A stretch of 64,000 nucleotides of DNA from Alphaproteobacteria bacterium (GCA_030431825.1 JAUIIJ010000003.1:108084-172083), one strand, 5' to 3'. Shown: positions 1-10,760, counted from the stretch's first letter. A program made the numbers and translations. The notes: generated from the sequence alone by a model not told the origin.

Positions 1-50
1 TGGGTGCCGTTTCGCGATCCGCAATAGACACAGATGGACTTGACGGGCAT
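1..50 (-). CDS. LOG family (TIGR00730-type) nucleotide phosphoribohydrolase, 5' end only (runs off window)
   Basis: Reverse complement of 1-50 reads MPVKSICVYCGSRNGT, the typical LOG N-terminus; divergent from the LysM gene; not in the ORF track. Confidence 0.75.
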   Translation of the reverse strand, partial: MPVKSICVYCGSRNGT

Positions 51-174
51 GATCGGGCCTTTCGTGCTGGTTGCCGGGGAAATGACAGGTTTTGACCGGT
101 GATAGCCGGATTGATAGGCTGGCTCAACCGTGCGCGCGGGCCAGGCTGCGCGTGGCTGGGATGAAGGGAAGATC

Positions 175-1395
175 ATGGCTGAACAGTCGGCACCGCCCGC
201 AGGGCGCGCGCGCCTCTTGATACTCGGGCTCCTTGCTGGGGCGCTGGTCGCCGGCGGGGCGTATTACCTGAATGAACGCATCTTTCCGGGTGCGGCTCCA
301 GACCCTGAAGAGCGCGTCGCGCCCGTGGCCGAGAACCCGACGGTTGAAGAGGGACCAACGCAGGTTGCACAGGGCATCGCGGTCGACGCGAACGCGATCT
401 CGGAAAACCCGACGCTGGAGCCACCGGTTTTCGATGTCGTCCGTGTCGATCCGGACGGCAACACCGTCATCGCCGGACGCGCCGCACCGGGGAGCCGGGT
501 TGCCATCCTGATGGGCGATGACACCGTCGAGTCGCCGATTGCCGGGCCGGATGGCAATTTCGTCAGCCTGCTGTCGCTGCCGGTTTCCGACGTGGCGCGG
601 GTTCTGACGCTGCGATCGGAGCGGGATGGTAAGACGGCGGTGTCGCAAGAACAGATAATCATTGCGCCGTCGCCTGCGAACACGGGCACGGGGTTGAGCG
701 TACCCGTAGACGAGACGACGCCGGTGGCGGATGCGACCGCCGCCCGGCTTGGGATCGGCGACAGCGACATCGGGGCGACACCGGCCGCGACCTCGGCGTC
801 TCCGGATGCGCCGCAGCCCGCGCTGGCGCCGGTCACCGCCCCGCCGCAGGCGTCGGTCACCGTCCTGCGCGCCGATGCCGACGGGGTCGAAGTGATCCCG
901 CCCGCCGCGGCCGATGCCCCCACCGCGTCGCAGGTGGCGCTGGATACGATCAGCTATTCGACGTTGGGCGAGGTGGTGCTGCGCGGCACGGCGCAGGCCG
1001 GTGCCGCGGTTCGGGTCTATCTCGACAACAAACCCGTGACGGACATCGATACCAACGCCAAGGGACGGTTCCGGGGCAAGATCGGCGCAGCGGAGCCCGG
1101 CGTCTATACCCTGCGCCTGGACGAGGTCGGCCCGGATGGACAGGTGCTCAGCCGCCTGGAGACCCCGTTCAAGCGCGAGTCGCCGGATGCCCTGCAACCG
1201 GCGAGCGGCGACGTCCAGGATCCCGGATCGCCGGTGCGCGCGGTGACGGTACAGACCGGCGATACGCTCTGGGCGATCTCGCGCGAGCGCTATGGCGACG
1301 GGGTGCTGTATGTCAAGGTGGTCGAGGCCAACCGCGACAGCATCAGGAATCCCGATCTGATCTATCCCGGACAGGTGTTCACCATACCCGACTGA
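175..1395 (+). CDS. LysM peptidoglycan-binding protein with N-terminal TM anchor and Ig-like domains
   Basis: C-terminal LysM (VTVQTGDTLWAISRERYGDG..NPDLIYPGQVFTIP); FDVVRVDPDG motif; ATG 175 follows AAGGGA. Confidence 0.85.
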   Translation: MAEQSAPPAGRARLLILGLLAGALVAGGAYYLNERIFPGAAPDPEERVAPVAENPTVEEGPTQVAQGIAVDANAISENPTLEPPVFDVVRVDPDGNTVIAGRAAPGSRVAILMGDDTVESPIAGPDGNFVSLLSLPVSDVARVLTLRSERDGKTAVSQEQIIIAPSPANTGTGLSVPVDETTPVADATAARLGIGDSDIGATPAATSASPDAPQPALAPVTAPPQASVTVLRADADGVEVIPPAAADAPTASQVALDTISYSTLGEVVLRGTAQAGAAVRVYLDNKPVTDIDTNAKGRFRGKIGAAEPGVYTLRLDEVGPDGQVLSRLETPFKRESPDALQPASGDVQDPGSPVRAVTVQTGDTLWAISRERYGDGVLYVKVVEANRDSIRNPDLIYPGQVFTIPD

Positions 1396-1473
1396 TCCGG
1401 ACCATGCGGTCGGACGGGGCTGGCAAACCATGCCGGCAGGGCCTATGTCAGGCGAAATCTCTCGGGACTTCTC

Positions 1474-3282
1474 ATGCCGCCTTTTCAAGACACAGAAGCG
1501 CGCGAGGCGCGATTTTCCGGCCTGCGCACCATCCGGCGCGTCGCACCCTACCTCTGGCCACGTGACCAGGCCTGGGTCAGGCGGCGCGTGGTGCTGTCCC
1601 TGATCGTACTGGTGCTGTCCAAGCTGATCGCGGTCTATACACCGATCCTCTACAAGGGCGCGGTCGACAGCCTCGCGGGGGATGGCGCGTCGACGCTGGC
1701 GCTCGGGGCGATCGGGCTGACCGTGGCATATGGCGTGGCACGATTGATGAGCGTCGGCTTTCAGCAGATGCGAGACGCGGTTTTTGCCCCGGTCGGGCAA
1801 CGGGCGTTGCGACGGCTGGCGCTCGAGACGTTCGAGCACATCCACCGGCTGTCGTTGCGCTACCATATCTCGCGCAAGACCGGCGGCCTGTCCCGGATCA
1901 TCGAACGCGGGGTCAAAGGGGTCGAATTCCTGCTCCGCTTCCTGATCTTCAGCATCGGACCCCTGATCCTCGAATTGCTGCTGGTGGGGGTGATCCTGAC
2001 CGTGCTGTTCGATGTCTGGTATCTGGTGATCGTCGCCGTTACCATCGTGCTTTATGTGGCGTTCACCTTTGCGGTGACCGAATGGCGCGTGAAGCTGCGC
2101 CGCCAGATGAACGACCAGGACACCGACGCCAACCAGAAGGCAATCGACAGCCTGCTGAACTATGAAACCGTCAAGTATTTCGGTGCCGAAGCCCGCGAGG
2201 CCGCGCGGTATGACGTGGCGATGAAGGGCTATGAAACGGCGGCACTCAAGACTGCCTATTCGCTGGCTTTCCTGAATTTCGGCCAGGCCCTGCTGATCAC
2301 CGGCGGGCTTGTCGGGGTGATGATCCTCGCGGCCCTCGGGGTTCAGGGCGGCAGCCTGACGGTAGGCGATTTCGTCATGGTCAACGCCTACATGATCCAG
2401 ATCACAGTGCCGTTGAACTTTCTCGGCACGGTCTATCGCGAAATCCGCCAGTCGCTGGTGGATATGGGCGAGATGTTCGACCTGCTGGAACAACCGGCCG
2501 AGATCACCGACAAGCCCGGTGCGCCACCGCTGCGGGTGAACGGCGGCGAGATCAGGCTGGCGGACGTGCATTTCGGATACGAGTCCAATCGCGAGATTCT
2601 CAAGGGGATCAATCTCACCGTTCCGGCGGGGAAAACGGTGGCCATCGTGGGGGCGACCGGGTCGGGCAAGTCCACCATCGGCAGGTTGCTGTTCCGGTTC
2701 TACGATGTGACCGGCGGCGCGCTTTCCATCGACGGGCAGGATATTCGCGACGTCACGCAAGACAGCCTGCACGCGGCGATTGGGGTTGTGCCGCAGGACA
2801 CCGTATTGTTCAACGATACGATCCGCTACAACATCGCCTATGGCCGCGATGGCGCGACGCAGGACGAGATCGAACAGGCCGCGCGCGATGCGCAGATCCA
2901 CGATTTCATCGCGGGGCTTCCCGAGGGGTACGATACCGCCGTCGGCGAGCGGGGGCTGAAGCTGTCGGGCGGTGAAAAACAACGCGTGGGTATCGCCCGT
3001 ACCTTGCTCAAGGATCCGCCGATCCTGTTGTTGGACGAGGCGACCAGCGCGCTGGACAGTGACACCGAACGCGAGATCAAGGACGCGCTGGATCGGGCAG
3101 GCGAGGGGCGCACGGTGATCACCATCGCGCATCGTCTTTCAACGATTGCCGAAGCCGACCAGATCGTCGTGCTGCACCAGGGCGAGATTGCAGAACTGGG
3201 CACGCATGATGAATTGCTCGCCCGCGACGGGCGCTATGCCAATCTGTGGAACCGGCAGCAGAACGATCAGGATGCCGCGTGA
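1474..3282 (+). CDS. Atm1/ABCB7-type ABC transporter, fused permease and ATPase
   Basis: TM domain; Walker A GATGSGKST; LSGGEKQRV signature; LLLDEATSALD; DSLLNYETVKYF Atm1 motif. Confidence 0.9.
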   Translation: MPPFQDTEAREARFSGLRTIRRVAPYLWPRDQAWVRRRVVLSLIVLVLSKLIAVYTPILYKGAVDSLAGDGASTLALGAIGLTVAYGVARLMSVGFQQMRDAVFAPVGQRALRRLALETFEHIHRLSLRYHISRKTGGLSRIIERGVKGVEFLLRFLIFSIGPLILELLLVGVILTVLFDVWYLVIVAVTIVLYVAFTFAVTEWRVKLRRQMNDQDTDANQKAIDSLLNYETVKYFGAEAREAARYDVAMKGYETAALKTAYSLAFLNFGQALLITGGLVGVMILAALGVQGGSLTVGDFVMVNAYMIQITVPLNFLGTVYREIRQSLVDMGEMFDLLEQPAEITDKPGAPPLRVNGGEIRLADVHFGYESNREILKGINLTVPAGKTVAIVGATGSGKSTIGRLLFRFYDVTGGALSIDGQDIRDVTQDSLHAAIGVVPQDTVLFNDTIRYNIAYGRDGATQDEIEQAARDAQIHDFIAGLPEGYDTAVGERGLKLSGGEKQRVGIARTLLKDPPILLLDEATSALDSDTEREIKDALDRAGEGRTVITIAHRLSTIAEADQIVVLHQGEIAELGTHDELLARDGRYANLWNRQQNDQDAA

Positions 3283-3306
3283 CAGGGCCGCATCGCGACG
3301 GCGTCC

Positions 3307-6300
3307 CTATTCGGCGGCGCGCAGGGGCGGCGCGTCGGTCGAAGCCGGCGTTCGGGTTTCCTCTGACGGTTTGACCGGCCCCTGTGGTGTGGCGTCCGGG
3401 TCGGTGATTTCGTCCCAGATGATTTCGTCGAGCCGGATCTTGCGCGCCGCGCGATCCAGCCGCATGTCCCGGGCAGCCTCGGTCTGCGCACCGCCGGTGA
3501 TCCGCACCAGCAGGTGACCGATCCAGGACGCATAGGTCGAGAACCACACGCGCAGCGCCAGGAAAGACGGCGTGACGATCAACGTCAGAACCGTTGCAAT
3601 CCCGAGGCCGAACACCACTGCCGTTGCCAGTTGCTTCCACCAGAGCGCGGTCGGGCTGTTGATCGAATAGCCGCCATTGATGAAATCAAGGCTCAGTCCG
3701 AACATCATCGGTGCCAGACCCGCCATCGTGGTGATTGTCGTCAGCAACACCGGGCGGATACGCGCCTCGGCGGTGCGGATGATCGCCTCGATGCGCGGCA
3801 TGTACTGGCTGAATTCCTGATAGGTGTCGATCAGCACGATATTGTTGTTCACCACGATCCCGGCGAGCGCGACGATGCCGGTGCCGGTCATGATGATCGA
3901 GAACGGCTGCTGCATCACCATCATGCCGATCAGAACCCCCGTGGTCGACAGGACCACGGCCATCAGGACCAGCACCGAGTTGTAGAAGCTGTTGAACTGC
4001 GCCAGCAGGATGATGAACATCAGCCCCAGGGCCCCGAGGAACGCATTCTGAAGGAAGGCGCCGGATTCCTCCTGCTCTTCCTGATCGCCGGTCCATTCCC
4101 AGTCGATACTGGCGGGAAGCGGGTTGGTTTCAAGCCATTCGGTGATCACCGCGATGCGCTCATTGGCATTCACGGGCACGAATTGCACGTCACCGGATGC
4201 CACCGCGCCGCGCAGGTCATCAACGCGCACGCCGTCGCCCAGATGCACGATCTCAAAGCGGTCTCCGGAGGTGTTTTCCAGCGTTGCGCCCTGCGGGGTC
4301 ATGCTGCCGTCCAGCGCCCGCACCAGCGCACGGCGGTCTTCGCCGCCGCTGTCGGCATCGCGGGCCACGAGCTTGAACAGGGCGCTGCCCACATCGGCCT
4401 TGACGTCAAAGATGCGCTGCTGGTCGACGCGGTTGATTTCGGCGAGCTTGGCGACCGGTTTCCTGGTCACGAAGTTGCTCAGCGGCACCAACCCGTCGTC
4501 GGTGCGCACCTTCATCGAATCCAGCGTGCTCAGCACCCGGTCCTGTTCGGGCAGGCGCACGCGGATTTCGATCTCTTCGTCGCTGCTGTCGACCCGCATG
4601 GTGTCGAGCAGGATGCCGCGTGTGACCAGTTGCACCATGCCGCCGACCGTGGCCACGTCCGCGCCGTACCGTCCCGCCTTTTCGACATCGACATCGATTT
4701 GCCAGTCGATCCCCGGAAGGGGCAGCGTATCCTCGACCTTGATCAGGCCGGGCAGGGTGTCGAAATAGGCGCGCGCGGTCCTGGTGGCGGTGGTCAGATC
4801 GGCCCAATCGTCGCCCTTCAGGCGCAGATGGATCGGTTTGCCGGAACCCGGACCCTGTTCCAGCGGCAGGATCTCCGCCTCGAATCCGGGGATTTTCGCA
4901 AGTTCGGCGTTCAACTGGTCGATCACGAAATCGCCGTCATAGGCGGGCGCGGTCACGTCGCGTTCCAGCTTGCCAAAGAACCAGCTTTCGCGGGCGGTGG
5001 GACGGTCTTCCCACGGGATGATCTCGAACTGGACCTGACCGACGGTGTCCTGCGGGCTTTGCTGTCCGGGGCCGCCGGTATTGAGCCCGCCGCTGCCTGC
5101 AAAGGCAAAGACATTGATCACCGCCGGGTGGGCGCGGATCACCTCTTCGACCTGGCGCACCATCTCGTCGGTTTCCTGCAGTGACAGGTTGCCACGCGCC
5201 CGCACGAAGACGCTGGCCTGTTCGGGTTCGGATTCGACAAAGAACTCGACGCCGCGCGAATTGGCGGGGAACAGCACGACAGCCACATAGAACACGGCGA
5301 CAAAGACCGATGCGATGGCGACGATCGGCATGACCGGATTGCCCGCAATGAACTTGATGAAGCGGCCAAACGCGGTCAGGCGGTGGCCGGACCGCACCGC
5401 GCGCGGTGCCCGCTCGATCCGGGCAGCCCCGAGCGTGACCGAGGCGGCAAAGCACCCGAACAGAAACACCAGCGCACCAACGAGCAGGCCCGCCACGCCG
5501 CCGGTTCCCGCCGGCAGCAGGTATGCCGGGTTCAGCACCTGCATCGCGCCGATGAACATCATGTACATCGCAACCGGAACCAGCGCCGCACAAGCCACCC
5601 AGGGCAGGCGGGCGCGCAGGGTGTCCGAGATGCGGCCAAAGAGGCGGCTCATCCGTCCGGTGACGCCCCCCATGACCGGCAGGTAGACCAATGCGACGAT
5701 CAGCGATGCGGACAGCACGAAGATCAGCGTGACCGGCAGCATCCCCATGAATTCTCCGGGCACGCCCGGCCAGAACAGCATCGGCAGAAACGCACAGAGC
5801 GTCGTCGCCGTCGAGGAGACGATGGGCCAGAACATCCGCTGCGCCGCCTCCACATAGGCGTGCATCGGGCCAACGCCTTCCTTGATCCGCTTGTCGGCAT
5901 ATTCGACGACGACGATGGCGCCATCCACCAGCATGCCGACCGCGAGAATCAGCCCGAACATCACGATGTTCGAGATCGTCACGCCCATGATGGCCAGGAA
6001 CATGAAACACAGCAGGAACGAGGTCGGGATCGCGAACCCCACGAGCAGCGCCGCCCGGCTTCCGAGCGCACTCAGGACCACGATCATCACCAGTGCCACC
6101 GCAGTCAGCACCGAGCCTTCCAGCTGGCTGACCATCGAACCGACGACGCGGCTCTGATCGTTGCTGGTGCCCACCTGGACCACGGCCTGCAATTCGGGCG
6201 GCCACTTTGCCTCGCTCCGCGCCAGCGTTTCCTTGACCAGCGCAACCGTGTCGATCAGGTTGAAGCCCTTGCGCTTGACCACCTGCAGGGCAACCGTGCT

Positions 6301-7128
6301 TTCGCCATTGAAGCGGGCAGTTCCCTCGCGGTCCTCGAAGGTGAAATTGATCTCGGCCAGTTCACCCAGGGTCACCACGCGGTCGCCGTTGGTCTTGATC
6401 GGAAGGTTATAGACATCGCGCGGCTCGTCAAAGCTCGACGGGATCTTGACGCTGAACTTGCCCTGGGCGGTTTCCACCTCACCGGCCGCGATCAGCTGGT
6501 TGTTGTTCTGAACCACGTTGATCAGTTCGAGCGCGGTGATGTTGTAGGATTCCAGCCGCAGCGGATCGATCACGACTTCGAGCATCTCGTCGCGATTGCC
6601 GGCGATCCCGGCTTCGAGAACCGCATCCAGCGCTTCAAGATCGTCCTGCAATGCCTTGGCAATGCGTGCCATTGTCCGTTCGGGCACCGCGCCGGTCAGG
6701 TTGACGATGACGATGGGGAATTCCGAGAAATTGATCTCGGTAATGCTGTATTGTTCGGCGCCGTCGGGGAATTCGGCCTGCGCCGAAATCATCGCGTCGC
6801 GCACGTCGGCCATGATCGCGGTCTTGTCCCAGCCAAAATCGAACTCGAGCGCCACGCCCGCATAGCCTTCGGCGGCGGTGGCCGACATCTTGTCGAGCCC
6901 GTCGAGATCGGCCAGCTCGGTTTCCATCGGCTTGACCAGCAGGCTTTCGGCGTCCTCCGCCGAAATGCCGGGAAACTGCACCGAGACGAAGAGCGCGGGG
7001 ATCTCGATATCGGGCTCGCCTTCCTTGGGCAGGTTTGCATAGGCAAAACCGCCGATGATCAGCGACAGCGCGATGAAGGCCAGCACCATGCGGGCCCGTT
7101 CGGACGCCCAGGTGACGATACCCGTCAT
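3307..7128 (-). CDS. RND efflux permease (AcrB/AcrD/AcrF family), 1273 aa
   Basis: GMLVDGAIVVVE, GIVVNNNIVLID and RIRPVLLTTITT RND motifs. Confidence 0.9.
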   Translation of the reverse strand: MTGIVTWASERARMVLAFIALSLIIGGFAYANLPKEGEPDIEIPALFVSVQFPGISAEDAESLLVKPMETELADLDGLDKMSATAAEGYAGVALEFDFGWDKTAIMADVRDAMISAQAEFPDGAEQYSITEINFSEFPIVIVNLTGAVPERTMARIAKALQDDLEALDAVLEAGIAGNRDEMLEVVIDPLRLESYNITALELINVVQNNNQLIAAGEVETAQGKFSVKIPSSFDEPRDVYNLPIKTNGDRVVTLGELAEINFTFEDREGTARFNGESTVALQVVKRKGFNLIDTVALVKETLARSEAKWPPELQAVVQVGTSNDQSRVVGSMVSQLEGSVLTAVALVMIVVLSALGSRAALLVGFAIPTSFLLCFMFLAIMGVTISNIVMFGLILAVGMLVDGAIVVVEYADKRIKEGVGPMHAYVEAAQRMFWPIVSSTATTLCAFLPMLFWPGVPGEFMGMLPVTLIFVLSASLIVALVYLPVMGGVTGRMSRLFGRISDTLRARLPWVACAALVPVAMYMMFIGAMQVLNPAYLLPAGTGGVAGLLVGALVFLFGCFAASVTLGAARIERAPRAVRSGHRLTAFGRFIKFIAGNPVMPIVAIASVFVAVFYVAVVLFPANSRGVEFFVESEPEQASVFVRARGNLSLQETDEMVRQVEEVIRAHPAVINVFAFAGSGGLNTGGPGQQSPQDTVGQVQFEIIPWEDRPTARESWFFGKLERDVTAPAYDGDFVIDQLNAELAKIPGFEAEILPLEQGPGSGKPIHLRLKGDDWADLTTATRTARAYFDTLPGLIKVEDTLPLPGIDWQIDVDVEKAGRYGADVATVGGMVQLVTRGILLDTMRVDSSDEEIEIRVRLPEQDRVLSTLDSMKVRTDDGLVPLSNFVTRKPVAKLAEINRVDQQRIFDVKADVGSALFKLVARDADSGGEDRRALVRALDGSMTPQGATLENTSGDRFEIVHLGDGVRVDDLRGAVASGDVQFVPVNANERIAVITEWLETNPLPASIDWEWTGDQEEQEESGAFLQNAFLGALGLMFIILLAQFNSFYNSVLVLMAVVLSTTGVLIGMMVMQQPFSIIMTGTGIVALAGIVVNNNIVLIDTYQEFSQYMPRIEAIIRTAEARIRPVLLTTITTMAGLAPMMFGLSLDFINGGYSINSPTALWWKQLATAVVFGLGIATVLTLIVTPSFLALRVWFSTYASWIGHLLVRITGGAQTEAARDMRLDRAARKIRLDEIIWDEITDPDATPQGPVKPSEETRTPASTDAPPLRAAE

Positions 7129-8351
7129 TGCGTTGGCTCCTGGTAGGCGGGTTTCACGAGAACGCCCTCGGTCACAAAGTCCTGGCCGACCACGATCACG
7201 TCGGTTTCGTCCTCGAGTCCGCTGACCCAGATTCCGTCAACCTCGTCGCGCAGCAGGCGAACCGGACGGAAATCGACCGTGTTGTCGGCCAGCACGATGC
7301 GCACGCCCAGTTGCCCGTCATTGTTCAAGGTCAGCGCCGAGGCGGGCAAGCGATGCGCCGAGGTTCCGTCCGCCGAAATGGCAATCGCGGCGGTCTGGCC
7401 ATCGCGGATGGACATGTCCGGATTGGGGGCGGTGATCTCGACCTCGAAGGTACGTGTCGTGGGGTCGGCGGAACGGCTGATGAACTCCACCGTGCCCTGC
7501 ACGCGCCGCCCGTCGGTCAGTTCCGCGCCCGCCATGGCCCCGAGCTCGATGCGATTGACATCGGCCTCGGGCACGTACCCGACCAGCTTGATCGGGTCGA
7601 GCTGGATCACTGTCGCGCACAGGCTTCCCGCCTGCATCAGGCTGCCCAGCTCAGCGGTATCGGATTCCAGCAGCCCGTCGAACGGCGCGCGGATGGTCAG
7701 GCGGTCGATTTCGCGTTCGGCGGCGGCGACGGCGGCCGCGGCGCTCTGGATGCCGGCCCGGGTGGTTTCCAGTCCGGACCTTGCCGCCGCGAGGCCGGCC
7801 TCGGCAGAACGGACGGCGGCCTGGGTCGAGGCAAGCCGGGTTTCCGACGCATAACCGCCCTTGGAGAGCTTGTCTGCCGCGTTGTTGTTGATCAGCGCCT
7901 CCGACAAGAGCGCCTCGGCTTCCGCCAGACGGGCTTCGGTTTCCGGTTGACGGGCCTTTGCTTCGCTCAGGCGCGCCCGCGCCTCGGCCAGGCTGGCTTC
8001 GCGGGTGCCAACATCAAGCTGGCACATGATATCCGAAGCCTGCACGAACGTGCCCTTGGGCAGTGGATTGGAGACCACGGTCGCCGATGTTTCGGCGCGA
8101 ACCTCGACCTGGCGGTCGGCCGCCGTCTGACCACGCAGGATGACCGCACTGTCGATCTGCTGTGCCATGCTGCGCAGAACAACGACGCCAACCGCGTCCG
8201 CTGCGTCGGAGACGGCGGAGTCATCACCCGGTTGTGCCGTCTCGGTGGCGTCATCGCCTCTTGCAAACGCAAACAACGCCTCGCGTTCGAACACGATTGC
8301 ATAAAGCCCAAGCGTCACGAGGATGGCCGTGATGACGGGGATCAAACGCAT
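7125..8351 (-). CDS. RND efflux periplasmic adaptor (membrane fusion protein)
   Basis: Single N-terminal TM, coiled coil, IRAPFDG and ADPTTRTFEVE motifs; 4-bp overlap with the permease; start chosen at MRLIPV. Confidence 0.88.
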   Translation of the reverse strand: MRLIPVITAILVTLGLYAIVFEREALFAFARGDDATETAQPGDDSAVSDAADAVGVVVLRSMAQQIDSAVILRGQTAADRQVEVRAETSATVVSNPLPKGTFVQASDIMCQLDVGTREASLAEARARLSEAKARQPETEARLAEAEALLSEALINNNAADKLSKGGYASETRLASTQAAVRSAEAGLAAARSGLETTRAGIQSAAAAVAAAEREIDRLTIRAPFDGLLESDTAELGSLMQAGSLCATVIQLDPIKLVGYVPEADVNRIELGAMAGAELTDGRRVQGTVEFISRSADPTTRTFEVEITAPNPDMSIRDGQTAAIAISADGTSAHRLPASALTLNNDGQLGVRIVLADNTVDFRPVRLLRDEVDGIWVSGLEDETDVIVVGQDFVTEGVLVKPAYQEPTQ

Positions 8352-8436
8352 CTTGCCTCTTTCCACTTCAATTGAATTGGCCAAAATCAAAACACCCGGA
8401 ACGAAAGGGCTTTCTGGCATATAGGCGCTTTTACTA

Positions 8437-8454
8437 CTAAACTAACCAGTTCAG
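8437..8454. promoter_or_regulatory. Imperfect palindrome CTAAACT-AACC-AGTTCAG, candidate TetR/AcrR-type operator of the RND operon
   Basis: Dyad in the AT-rich divergent promoter, about 90 bp upstream of the adaptor gene. Confidence 0.35.
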
Positions 8455-8652
8455 ATCAATTTTTTTTCACAGGATGCACGGTGCGCGGCAGATTTGCGTC
8501 ACAGCGGCCACTTGGCTTGTAACGGTATGCAGGATAAGAGGGGGCCGTTGCCCGATATCCGGGCGGAACAAGGCCCCGCAAACGGGGTACCACGGGACCG
8601 GACACAGGGCCGAACAACGCGGCCAGAGACAGGGCCATAGACAGGGCAAGGC

Positions 8653-9324
8653 ATGAGCGACAGCGACAGTTTCATCGAAGAAGTGACCGAAGAGGTACGC
8701 CGCGACAGGTTGTTCCTGATGTTCCGTCGCTATGGCTGGATTGCAATTGCGCTGATCGTGCTGATCGTTGGCGGTGCTGCGTGGAACGAATACCGCAAGT
8801 CGCAGGAGCGTGCGTCCGCCGAGGCATTGGGCGACGGGATCATCGCGGCGCTGGCGGCCAATGATCCCGCCGAACGCGCGGCTGCGATGGAAGAGGTCAC
8901 GGCGGATACCCCCGGCGGCGCGGCGGTGGTCGACTTTCTGATCGCGGCGGCAGAGGCGAACGCGGGCGATACCGCGGGGGCCGTGGAGCGGCTGAACCGG
9001 ATCGCGACAAATGGCGATGTTGCCGAGGTTTACCGCCAGATTGCCAGTTTCAAGGCGCTGACCATGCAGGCCGATACCATGCCCGCCGCCGAGCGCCGGG
9101 TGCAGTTCGAGGCACTCGCGCAGCCGGGTGCGCCGCTGCGACTGCTGGCCGAGGAACAACTGGCGCTGATCGAGATATCCGAGGATGATACCGACGCGGC
9201 GGTGACGCGGCTTCAGGCCATTCTCGACGACGCCGAGGCCACCCCGGACTTGCAACAGCGGGTCTCTCAGTTGATGGTGGCGCTTGGCGCGACACCGCAG
9301 GTCCCATCCCGTATCCAGGGGTGA
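8653..9324 (+). CDS. YfgM-like TPR ancillary SecYEG subunit
   Basis: DSFIEEVTEEVRRDRL N-terminus, one TM helix, helical repeats; upstream of bamB-der. Confidence 0.8.
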   Translation: MSDSDSFIEEVTEEVRRDRLFLMFRRYGWIAIALIVLIVGGAAWNEYRKSQERASAEALGDGIIAALAANDPAERAAAMEEVTADTPGGAAVVDFLIAAAEANAGDTAGAVERLNRIATNGDVAEVYRQIASFKALTMQADTMPAAERRVQFEALAQPGAPLRLLAEEQLALIEISEDDTDAAVTRLQAILDDAEATPDLQQRVSQLMVALGATPQVPSRIQG

Positions 9325-9375
9325 TCGCTTTTGGCGTCCGCGCGCAGCAAGGGAAAGACAGGCAGGGATTTTAAG

Positions 9376-10710
9376 ATGGCACCGTTTCGAGCATCCCGTT
9401 CCGGGTTGGCCCTGCTGGGCGTTTTGCTGATGACCGCAACCGCCTGTTCCGAAAAGGAACAGATTCTTCCCGGTCAGCGCGAGGATATCCGCCCGCTCGG
9501 CGACGATGCGGTGGCCACCGCCGCCACGGTTGTCAATGAAAGCCGGCCGATCCGGCTGCAGTCGCAATCAGTCAATGCCTCGTGGGCGCAATCCTTTGGC
9601 ACGCCGGCCTATCGTACCGCAAATGCCGCATTGCGCGCCGCGCCCCAACGTGTCTGGTCGACCTCGATCGGTTCCGGCAACAGCCGCAGGCAACGCATCA
9701 CCGCATCGCCCATCGTTGGCGGCGGGCTGATCTATACGCTCGACAGCGGTGCGCGCGTTTCCGCCGTTGCGCCGACCGGCGGGGTGGTCTGGAGCACCGA
9801 CCTGATTCCGTCCAGCGACAAGGAAGGTCAGGCAACCGGCGGCGGCATGGCCTATGACAACGGAACGCTTTACGTATCATCGGGATTCGGACGGCTGGCG
9901 GCGCTGGATGCCCGGACGGGGGCAACGCGCTGGATTCAGAAACTGGACTCGACCGGCAGTGGCATGCCGCTGGTGCGGGACGGGCTGGTGTATCTCGTGG
10001 CGGGTGACAACATCGCCTGGGCGGTCAAGGCGTCGGACGGACGCATCGCCTGGCAGATCGAGGCCAGCCCGAGCGTCACCAATGTCCTGGGCGCGCCATC
10101 GCCGGTTCTGGCGGGCGATTTCGTGGTGTTCGGTTTCGGATCGGGTGACATCGTGGCGGCGTTCCGTCGCGGCGGCATCCGGCGCTGGAACGCGACGGTG
10201 GCCGGTCAGCGCACGGGCCGCGCGATCTCCAAGATCGGAGATGTGACGGGCGGGCCGGTCGTGGTCGGAAACCGGGTCTATGCAGGCAACCATTCCGGTC
10301 GCATCGTCGCACTCGACGTTGCGGATGGCGAGCGTATCTGGACAGCGCGCGAGGGCGCGCTCGGACCGGTCTGGCCGGCCGGAGACAGTATCTTTTCTGT
10401 CACCGACCAGAACAAGCTGGTGCGCATCAACGCCGCCGATGGCGGCGTGATCTGGGCCGTGGATCTGCCCAATTTCGTCAAGGACAAGCCCCGCAAACGG
10501 GGGGCGAGCTTTGCCAATTACGGCCCGATCCTGGCCGGCGGGCGCATTGTGGTTGCGTCTTCGGACGGTCAGCTGCGCTTTTTCAGCCCTGACAACGGGG
10601 TGCTGACCGCGTCGGTTCCGGTGCCCGGCGGCGCAAGCAGTTCACCGGTGGTTGCGAACCGGACGCTCTACGTGATGGGCGGCGATGGTGAACTGCACGC
10701 TTTCCGTTGA
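9376..10710 (+). CDS. bamB: BamB-like PQQ beta-propeller lipoprotein
   Basis: Lipobox-like TATAC; repeated LDA.TG...W propeller motifs; yfgM-bamB-der synteny. Confidence 0.8.
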   Translation: MAPFRASRSGLALLGVLLMTATACSEKEQILPGQREDIRPLGDDAVATAATVVNESRPIRLQSQSVNASWAQSFGTPAYRTANAALRAAPQRVWSTSIGSGNSRRQRITASPIVGGGLIYTLDSGARVSAVAPTGGVVWSTDLIPSSDKEGQATGGGMAYDNGTLYVSSGFGRLAALDARTGATRWIQKLDSTGSGMPLVRDGLVYLVAGDNIAWAVKASDGRIAWQIEASPSVTNVLGAPSPVLAGDFVVFGFGSGDIVAAFRRGGIRRWNATVAGQRTGRAISKIGDVTGGPVVVGNRVYAGNHSGRIVALDVADGERIWTAREGALGPVWPAGDSIFSVTDQNKLVRINAADGGVIWAVDLPNFVKDKPRKRGASFANYGPILAGGRIVVASSDGQLRFFSPDNGVLTASVPVPGGASSSPVVANRTLYVMGGDGELHAFR

Positions 10711-10760
10711 GCGCCGGATGCGTTAAAGGGCGCATCTGATCCGGATCGAAAGCAGAAACC

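Noticed and set aside
124-3132. 1002-aa minus-strand ORF and other long antisense ORFs (e.g. 5383-7146, 21021-22817, 28560-30194, 42154-43983, 54505-56289)
   Set aside because: They mirror well-supported genes on the opposite strand; expected with high-GC codon bias, and they show no motifs
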